Shown here one piece after another: positions 58,809-64,000 of a stretch of DNA of 64,000 bases. The position numbers were made by a program, and so were the translations under genes. The notes under the pieces are model-generated. The model did not search any database, was not told the origin of the DNA, and worked only from the letters and a program-made list of their open reading frames with translations. Within the stretch, counting starts at the first letter, position 1. Every line of letters starts with the position of its first letter. Source of the DNA: Octopus sinensis (Eukaryota); contig NC_043007.1 in assembly GCF_006345805.1 (NCBI RefSeq), positions 21,142,001 through 21,206,000 of the forward strand, in the 5' to 3' direction.

Positions 58809-61800
58809 TGTGTAGAGTTTGGGTGAGTAAAGGGAATAGTACTGTGATGAGCATATTCAAATATGCAAAACTATCTTCTTATCGTGAAAAAGGTACTGCA
58901 AGTTATTGTTTTAATGTCTGTGTTTTTTTTTTTGATGATGACAAGGTTGGTTGAGTAAGTATTATGGTCTATTAAACCACTCAAGTCAATTTATATTGAT
59001 GTCTTACCTGAGGGTTATTTAATTTTGATAAAGAATCCATCATCAGCTGTAACTGAGCTCGTCTGTCAGGAATTGCTATACCTGCCTCTAAAAGCTGTGA
59101 AAATACGCAAATAAAGAAAAGAATTTAGAATTTAAATAGAATAACAAACATTAGAAACCCGTGTAAAATCACACACACACACATACTTCAGGCAGGTAAA
59201 ACATCCCTGTCCAGATTAAACACCATCATTAGTACCTTTAGTGGAACTCAATTCTAGGGTAAACATTCCATCTAAATTTCCCATCGTCTGGCACCTGTGC
59301 CGGTGGCACGTAAAAAGTACCCACTACACTCTCAGAATGGTTTGCATTAGGAAGGGCATCCAGCTGTAGAAACTCTGCCAGATCAGATTGGAGCCTGGTG
59401 CAGCCATCTGGTTCGCCAGTTCTCAGTCAAATCGTCCAACCCATGCCAGCATGGAAAGCAGACGTTAAATGTATTCCTTGTGCTTTTGGCTCAGTCAAAT
59501 CAGACCCTTGTAGTATATACTGATGGAGCCCTTTCTGACCTACACTGTCAACTGAAGAATTCCTCAGGATAAAGGGTTCTCCCCACAACATTCTTATACG
59601 TCAGTTACCTTCTTGCCATCACCCCCAATAAGACCCACTTCAATGCATGATACTTACCCTTCATTTCTCCCTAACCTTCCACACTTAAGAGCCACCTCTT
59701 CTTCTTGTCTTGAGACAGCATTCACCCGGGGTGGGTTGAGCTGGCTTCATTCATCCTCAATGCTGACCAGACCTGGCAATTTGAGGCTAACGACTGCATG
59801 ATCTCCAACCAGTCCTTATTCCAGTGGTGAACACCGTAGATATGGGGGCTTAGGTTGGGTTCCAGATCTGGAACTTAAGAGCCACCCATACATAACTGAG
59901 ATATCTCTTGCCGAATCTGCAGTAATTCCATGAACAGACACCCTGAAAACAAGTCATGCCAATCTTGTCCCCTTCAACAGCCAAGGACATGATCACTAGA
60001 CAAATCAAGAACCCCACCTGCCCAACATGGTCTCTCATGACAACTACAACTGCTAGGCTTTGTCATTATAAAGGATTTCTCCTGGTGAATACACATCCTC
60101 AACATAACCAAAAATGCATTGGAAAGGCCAACTTCAGTATCAGAAAATACTTCAGGCTTCAACAACTACCAACCCTTTTGCAACATTCAAGAAAAGACCC
60201 ACAATGTGGTACTGATCCCCCATCCAAGATGGTAATGCTGCTACATTCTACATAGAAAAGCCAATTAACAGACTGCCATCAATTCACTTGACATCACACT
60301 CTGACCTCTGGCCCACAGATGTGTTGTCTCCGCTCTACACCCTTTTTGCTGTTCCTACGAGGACATTCGTTCCTCAAAGCTGGTTTGTTAAATGCTACCT
60401 CCTCCTACACACCAGCTCCACTGACTTGTCTCCTGCATTCGACATCAACATTGGGTTCACCTTAAGGCCCCACAATGATCATGATACCCAGCCCTTCATT
60501 CTTAGAACAACGATCTTCTGGAATCTACTTTCTGCACATGTGTGTGTGTATATATATCATCATCGTTTAACGTCCGTTTTTCCGTGCTAGCATGGGCTGG
60601 ACTGTTCGACTGGGGTCTGGGAAGCCCGGAGGCTGCACCAGGTCAGTCAGATCTGGCAGAGTTTCTACGGCTGGATGCCCTTCCTAACGCCAACCACTCC
60701 GTGAGTGTAGTGGGTGCTTTTTACGTGCCACCAACACAGGTGCCAGACAAGGCTGGTGAACGGCCACGCTCAATAATTAAATATCATTATAATTTTCACT
60801 TAATGTATATTATTTTGCACATTACTTAATCATCGTTATATTCTTTGTCTTATATTTAATCCTTCTATTATATGTAATTTTCTAGACGGTATAATTTAAT
60901 TTTTCATTTTGAATTGATAAAAGGTGTTTTTTTTCTAATTTATATATATATACATATAAATAAAGGTACAAAATAGTTTAAGAAAAACTGCAAAAGAAGA
61001 AGCTTACTTCAGCAGAAGTTGTAACAAGTACATTTCTTTTGGGTTTGTCAAGAGGATCTGAGAATGTTAACTTCAACAGATCTACGACTTCAGCATATTC
61101 TTCACACTCATATAGTTTCTGGGTTTTCTCAAGGGACTGGCAACGCTTCAATAAATCTTGTTGTTTCTTGACTTTCTCTGAAATAGTAAAAACATTTCCC
61201 TATCAGTAATGACTGGTACATATCTGAACATCACAAATATTAATTATTTAACTTATTCTCAAGCAACGACCTGCAAAGAATGGAATCGTTGCTCCCATTC
61301 GAAATTACTGACAGCAGGTTAGGATTGCATAGTTGTCCATGCTTCATTCATTCATCATCATTGTTGTTTTAACATCTGCTTTTCCATGCTTGCATGGGTT
61401 GGATGTAATCTGTTGAGACAGATTTTTCTATAGCTGGATACCCATCATGCCACTGACACTCACCTGTTTTTAGTAAGGTAATATTGCCTCTTGGCCAGAC
61501 ATGTTTGCATGGAAGATTGAAAATAAAGGACATCGTCTAAATGGTTCTTACCACACAGCCACACCTGCGTCTACATATACATATTTTGATCACTATAAAC
61601 AATTCATTTGACAAAAGCTGTGTGCTCATTCGTTAGGAGAGTCCACCAACCAATCAACCATCCATCCATCCACATATACATACATGAGGGGATGCTGAAA
61701 AGTTTCTGGCTTTGAGTAAAAGAAAATACTGGAGGATCAGTTAATTATGATTTTATTCAACATATTCCCTTCTCAGATTCACACACTTATAGCAGTGGTC

Positions 61801-63543
61801 CTTCAGTTTTTCTGAGCCTTCTAAAAGAACTCGGAAGGTTGGGCCTCCAAACAAGCCTTTCATGATACCCTTAAAGCAAGGGTCCCCAAATTTTTTAGAC
61901 CATCGACCCCTTCATGGAATCCTTTACCCGTCATCGACCCCCAGGCATGTACAAGAAAATAAATAATAATAAGTAGATATGCATTTATTGACCCCTTGAA
62001 TAGTCTCATTGACCCCACCCCCAGTAGTTGAGACCCTTGCCTTAAAATCAGCACTTTTCAGTACCCCTTTGCACACACACACACGTATGTATGTATGCAT
62101 GTTTTTAGTAAATGCTAACTTCTTACCTGCTGAAATGACTTCATCCATGTGGCAGTTGGGTAAATGGACACTGGATAAAGATATATTCTCTTCAGCGTAT
62201 GCTAGGTACTGCAATACCTAAGTAAAAAGAAAACAAAAGGCATCATGAGAACATCTCACGAACAAACTGATAATAGAAACAAAAGGTTTTTAGAGTTTAC
62301 TGAAGCATTTAAATTTCTAGTGAATTTACAGTTTCCTTTCATTGACTGTGTGAAGGCGCCTGGCTCAGTGGTTAGAGCGTCGAGCTCACAATCACGAGGT
62401 AGTGAGTTCAATTCTCGGACTCGGTCGGGTTGTGTCCTTGAACAAAACACTATTTCCCGTTGCTCCAGTTCACTCAGCTGTTGAAACGAGATGCAATGTC
62501 ATTGGTGCAAAGCTGTATCAGCCCCTTTGCCTTTCCCTTGGATAACATCGGTGCCATGGAGAAGAGAGGCTGGTATGAATGCGTGACTGCTAGTCTTCTA
62601 TAAACAACTTTGCTCGGACTTGTGCCTCAGAGAGGAACTTTCTAGGTGCAAACCTATGGTCATTCATGACCAATGGGGGTCCTTTTTACTTTCTGACTGT
62701 ACAATTTACAAAGACGAACTGTCAATTAACAAGCGACATGGCTGTGTGGTTAAGTAGCTCACTATACAACCACACAGTTTTGGGTTCAGTCCCACCGAGT
62801 GGCACCTGGGGAAAGTGTCTTTTACTCTAGCCCTGGGCTGACCAATGTCTTGTTAGCAAATTTAGTGGACAAAACTATGTAGAATCCATTGCATATGTGA
62901 GTGACATTGTGTTTGTTCCCTGCTACTGCTTGATAACTGGTGTTGGTTTGTTAACATCCCCATAACTTAGTGGTTTAGCAAAGAATAATTGACTAACAGA
63001 ATAATAACTAGACGTATAAAAGAAGTCCTGGGATCAATTTCTTTGACTAAACCCTTCAAGGCAGTGCTTCAGCATGGCCGTAGATCAACGACAGAAACAT
63101 ATGTATGGTAAAAAGCATAACTGATTAATGACTGGCTTCTGTAACATTTAACCTTTTGGTGTTTAAGCCGGCCATATCCGGCCCAAATATCCTACGTTTT
63201 ACATTCAAACTGGCCATATCTAGCCCCTCACACCTAACCTACATTGACATTCTAAGAATAAACTATCACACCACTGAAACTTCAAAGCTTTAAGATAATG
63301 TGTGATTAATTCAAAACAATTTGAGTGAAAAAAAGTATTACATTTAACAGAGTAATCTGAACACTAAACGGTTAAAACAGAAGCATTGGCGTTATATCTT
63401 CCTATGGTCATGGAGATAACACTTTTGAAAAATACAAATAATTTCAAATGTGAAGATCAAAAGATAACTCACCTTATCAAAATAGTCAAATGCTTCATCT
63501 ATTTCTCCCAGGAGGGTACAGAACCTTGCTTTCAGCCAAAATG
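25112..63543 (-). CDS. CABIN1: Calcineurin-binding protein cabin-1 (HIRA histone chaperone complex subunit), 3' 24 coding exons; 5' part lies beyond the window end
   Basis: 24 exons with AG acceptors, GT donors and matching phases join into one open frame ending at TAA 25112-25114. The peptides match recalled CABIN1 motifs: [140 protein letters not shown], and the C-terminal MEF2-binding-like [14 protein letters not shown]. Confidence 0.96.
27777..27963. mobile_element. TTAA-flanked (piggyBac-like) MITE family F, representative copy
   Basis: TTAA-CCCTTT(T)AGC...AAGGG-TTAA; other copies 12622-12836, 48714-49836 (interrupted), about 51845-52075, about 63148-63372. Confidence 0.7.
29151..29706. 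mobile_element. Mariner-derived foldback element made of two transposase 3' ends in inverted orientation
   Basis: Left arm (minus) [16 protein letters not shown]...[15 protein letters not shown]; right arm (plus) VVKKWLKEQ...DYVEK*; terminal repeats TG(A/T)GGGTGAGTCAAAAAGTAATG within (TA)n. Confidence 0.88.
31810..32282. repeat. Polypurine/polypyrimidine tandem repeat (GAGGTGGAGGGAAAGAGA-like units)
   Basis: About 470 bp of almost only G/A, with sparse T, on the plus strand. Confidence 0.95.
33244..33597 (-). CDS. CABIN1: CABIN1 coding exon, low-complexity (His/Gly/Ser-rich)
   Basis: ctgtctacag|ATT...GTT CAG|gtgcgt; 118 codons, phase 0-0, within ORF 33154..33621; not recognised by homology, assigned from position and phase. 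Confidence 0.75.
36284..36391 (-). CDS. CABIN1: CABIN1 coding exon
   Basis: tttcctttag|ATC...CTG|gtaact; [36 protein letters not shown]. Confidence 0.9.
37897..38131 (-). CDS. CABIN1: CABIN1 coding exon
   Basis: caatttcag|G AAA TAC...AAT GCG|gttggt; [17 protein letters not shown]...[10 protein letters not shown]; donor chosen to match the phase-0 next exon. Confidence 0.85.
40139..40302 (-). CDS. CABIN1: CABIN1 coding exon
   Basis: ttttgtcag|GGT...GGC AG|gtcaga; [31 protein letters not shown]...LNRTPDAG. Confidence 0.94.
40454..40582 (+). mobile_element. Penelope-like terminal-repeat remnant with degenerate hammerhead
   Basis: ACAC CTGATGA A GGCTG GAGGGTATAT GAGCC AAAA CG at 40492-40529; a second, deleted copy at about 9860-9995 keeps CAGCCGAAA. 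Confidence 0.55.
41339..41449 (-). CDS. CABIN1: CABIN1 coding exon
   Basis: ttgatttcag|AAT...CAG|gtttgt; [37 protein letters not shown]. Confidence 0.94.
42958..43235. mobile_element. Head-to-head inverted repeat element (Penelope-like terminal repeat pair or MITE-like)
   Basis: 42960-43075 is the reverse complement of about 43080-43172; single arms at 45100-45235(+) and 56025-56218(-); outer end shared with 7590-8100, 11750-13150, 36410-36690, 51170-51270. Confidence 0.7.
43292..44303 (-). CDS. CABIN1: CABIN1 large coding exon (1012 nt; Ser/Asn/Thr-rich linker then conserved TPR start)
   Basis: atttttgtag|C AAA GAC...AAC AAG|gtatgt; within ORF 43049..44467; ends [30 protein letters not shown]. 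Confidence 0.94.
44843..44994 (-). CDS. CABIN1: CABIN1 coding exon
   Basis: gctgtatcag|TTA...GAA AA|gtaagc; [38 protein letters not shown]... Confidence 0.92.
45111..45147 (+). ncRNA. Hammerhead-like motif (A8 family; C3-A8 mismatch in this copy)
   Basis: CTA CTGAAAA G GTTGC AAGAC GCAAC GAAA A TTT TAG. Confidence 0.5.
45588..45680 (-). CDS. CABIN1: CABIN1 coding exon
   Basis: tcaattccag|GCT...GAA|gtacgt; [31 protein letters not shown]. Confidence 0.94.
46303..46515 (-). CDS. CABIN1: CABIN1 coding exon
   Basis: tttgtttag|ATG CAT...GAG|gtaaaa; MHWFPL...[29 protein letters not shown]. Confidence 0.94.
47399..47560 (-). CDS. CABIN1: CABIN1 coding exon (TPR region)
   Basis: gacattacag|ACT...TTG|gtgaga; [54 protein letters not shown]. 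Confidence 0.95.
49012..49418 (+). mobile_element. tRNA-derived SINE family A with internal (TA)n/(TG)n, representative copy
   Basis: A-box tggctatgtgg and B-box ggttcagtccc; 3' tail aaaagag; copies near 1100-1261(-), 13243-13665, 37423-37846, 39538-40070, 52670-53000, 55103-55498(-), plus fragments. Confidence 0.85.
49448..49730 (+). mobile_element. SINE family C with RTE-like 3' tail ending in (GAT)n, representative copy
   Basis: ggcgttaggaagggcatccagctgtagaaac...gttaaacgatgatgatg; copies near 10727-11221, 15899-16135(-), 34410-34620(-), 34913-35300(-), 48388-48530(-), 50445-50810, 54810-55010(-), 59290-59470, 60557-60770(-). Confidence 0.82.
49953..50064 (-). CDS. CABIN1: CABIN1 coding exon
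   Basis: ttctttccag|G AAA...TCG|gtaagt; [37 protein letters not shown]. Confidence 0.95.
50932..50994 (-). CDS. CABIN1: CABIN1 coding exon
   Basis: gttttttag|T GCT...CAA GT|gtaagt; [20 protein letters not shown]. Confidence 0.94.
51274..51540. repeat. Long imperfect palindrome (arms about 125 bp, loop about 14 nt)
   Basis: 51274-51399 is the reverse complement of 51414-51540 with scattered mismatches. Confidence 0.9.
51309..51348 (-). ncRNA. Minimal type I hammerhead ribozyme fold with canonical core, sense to the CABIN1 intron
   Basis: CTA CTGATGA G GTCAC AGGAGT GTGAC GAAA G AA CTC TGG; CUC triplet. Confidence 0.65.
51710..51794 (-). CDS. CABIN1: CABIN1 coding exon
   Basis: cttttgtaag|CT AAT...ACA AC|gtacgt; [27 protein letters not shown]. 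Confidence 0.9.
52345..52399 (-). CDS. CABIN1: CABIN1 coding exon
   Basis: atcattgaag|CTG...CCA G|gtatat; [18 protein letters not shown]. Confidence 0.88.
53220..53321 (-). CDS. CABIN1: CABIN1 coding exon
   Basis: cttatttcag|ATT...GAG|gtaaat; [34 protein letters not shown]. Confidence 0.95.
53545..54115 (-). mobile_element. R4/Dong-like non-LTR retrotransposon remnant (CCHC knuckle plus restriction-like endonuclease)
   Basis: [57 protein letters not shown]...VVIGALG; frameshifted. Confidence 0.8.
54236..54443 (-). CDS. CABIN1: CABIN1 coding exon
   Basis: attttcccag|A CAT...CAG|gtaaat; [12 protein letters not shown]...[28 protein letters not shown]. Confidence 0.95.
55663..55779 (-). CDS. 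CABIN1: CABIN1 coding exon
   Basis: ttctttacag|T GAA...GGC AG|gtaagt; EESKLH...[15 protein letters not shown]. Confidence 0.93.
56172..56208 (-). ncRNA. Hammerhead-like motif, U3-A8 variant, degenerate triplet
   Basis: CTA TTGAAAA G GTTGC AAGAC GCAAC GAAA A TAT TAG. Confidence 0.5.
56492..56665 (-). CDS. CABIN1: CABIN1 coding exon
   Basis: cgttttgtag|A GCT...AGA AA|gttagt; [29 protein letters not shown]...[13 protein letters not shown]. Confidence 0.92.
57200..57662 (+). mobile_element. CR1-type LINE 3' end, second copy
   Basis: Near-identical to 1805-2290; ORF 57181..57621; single terminus. Confidence 0.88.
58096..58220 (-). CDS. CABIN1: CABIN1 coding exon
   Basis: tatttttcag|AAA...GAT GA|gttcgt; [41 protein letters not shown]. 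Confidence 0.9.
58537..58570 (+). ncRNA. Degenerate hammerhead-like motif (CTGTTGA family)
   Basis: TCTTT CTGTTGA A GAGCGTATC GAAA C GTT AAAGA; relatives at 46864-46903 and 47837-47875 supply the GAGC-gtag-GCTC helix II. Confidence 0.45.
59008..59094 (-). CDS. CABIN1: CABIN1 coding exon
   Basis: tatttcacag|CTT...CAG|gtaaga; [29 protein letters not shown]. Confidence 0.92.
59880..60500 (+). mobile_element. Highly degenerate CR1/L2/Jockey-group LINE 3' remnant
   Basis: Fragmentary motifs such as RKYFRLQQL and [14 protein letters not shown] resemble LINE ORF2 C-terminal segments; many stops. Confidence 0.45.
61008..61177 (-). CDS. CABIN1: CABIN1 coding exon
   Basis: ctatttcag|AG AAA...GAA|gtaagc; [38 protein letters not shown]... 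Confidence 0.92.
61685..62068. mobile_element. Mariner-type MITE carrying a nested hAT-type MITE
   Basis: TIRs gaggggatgctgaaaagt / acttttcagtacccct. Confidence 0.6.
61877..62039. mobile_element. hAT-type MITE
   Basis: TIRs caagggtccccaa / ttgagacccttg; 8-bp TSD ccttaaag / ccttaaaa (one mismatch). Confidence 0.7.
62127..62217 (-). CDS. CABIN1: CABIN1 coding exon
   Basis: tttttacttag|GTA...GCA G|gtaag; [30 protein letters not shown]. Confidence 0.9.
63473..63543 (-). CDS. CABIN1: CABIN1 coding exon (first in window)
   Basis: cttcaaccag|CA TTT TGG...GAT AAG|gtgagt; [23 protein letters not shown]. Confidence 0.9.
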
Positions 63544-63721
63544 CTGGTTGAAGAAAAGATATTGGAATATAAATGTTTTTGATACAACATAAATGAATAA
63601 CACCAATATCACAAATCTATTTATGTAAATTATGCTTTTCTGTTTCGTATTGCCATGTAGAGTGGGGTGGGGACTTGTGCCAGCACCACATGGACACACA
63701 CACACACTTGTGCAAGCATCA

Positions 63722-63904
63722 TGTGAGGGGCACTTGTGCTGGTGCCATGAGAGGGGCATTTGTGTTGGTGCCACGAGAGGGGCACTTGTGCTGGCACCAT
63801 GTGAGGGGCACTTGTGATGGCGCCACGAGAGGGGCACTTGTGCTGGCGCCATGAGAGGGGCACTTGTGCTGGTGCCACGAAAGGGGAACTTGTGCTGGCG
63901 CCAT
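63722..63904. repeat. GC-rich minisatellite, 26-bp unit, about 7 copies
   Basis: Unit gagaggggcacttgtgctggtgccat with no spacers. Confidence 0.9.
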
Positions 63905-64000
63905 GTACAAAGCACTCATGCTGGTTCTATGCAAGAAATAATCCTGCCAGTGTCAAGTAAAAAGCACTTGTCTAGGCACAACATAAAAGCACCTGTATTG

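Noticed and set aside
63632-63934. CRISPR-like or repeat-protein ORFs
   Set aside because: Contiguous 26-bp units with no unique spacers, no cas genes, and a eukaryotic intronic context.

Overview
AT-rich, repeat-dense eukaryotic genomic DNA. The SINE, MITE and microsatellite content looks like a coleoid cephalopod, probably Octopus; this is recognition from memory, not a database result. The one confident gene is CABIN1 on the minus strand. I traced 24 GT-AG coding exons with consistent phases from 63543 down to a TAA stop at 25112 (4475 coding nt, about 1490 aa); the 5' exons lie beyond the window. The left 25 kb holds only tentative exons, including the probable 3' end of an unidentified plus-strand gene at 239-3005. 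The rest is tRNA-derived and RTE-tail SINEs, CR1, RTE and R4-like LINE remnants, mariner, hAT and TTAA (piggyBac-like) MITEs, Helentron-type elements and simple repeats. The most notable observation is at least five different short repeat families that each carry a minimal type I hammerhead-ribozyme fold. Helices I-III covary between families, helix III is a tiny palindrome, there is one extra nucleotide after A9, and three different Watson-Crick combinations occur at the 3-8 tertiary pair (C-G, U-A, G-C). These units often sit as head-to-head inverted pairs, as expected for Penelope-like terminal repeats or retrozyme-like elements. Most copies are degenerate, and activity is inferred, not shown. 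Exon coordinates were counted by hand; repeat boundaries are approximate.
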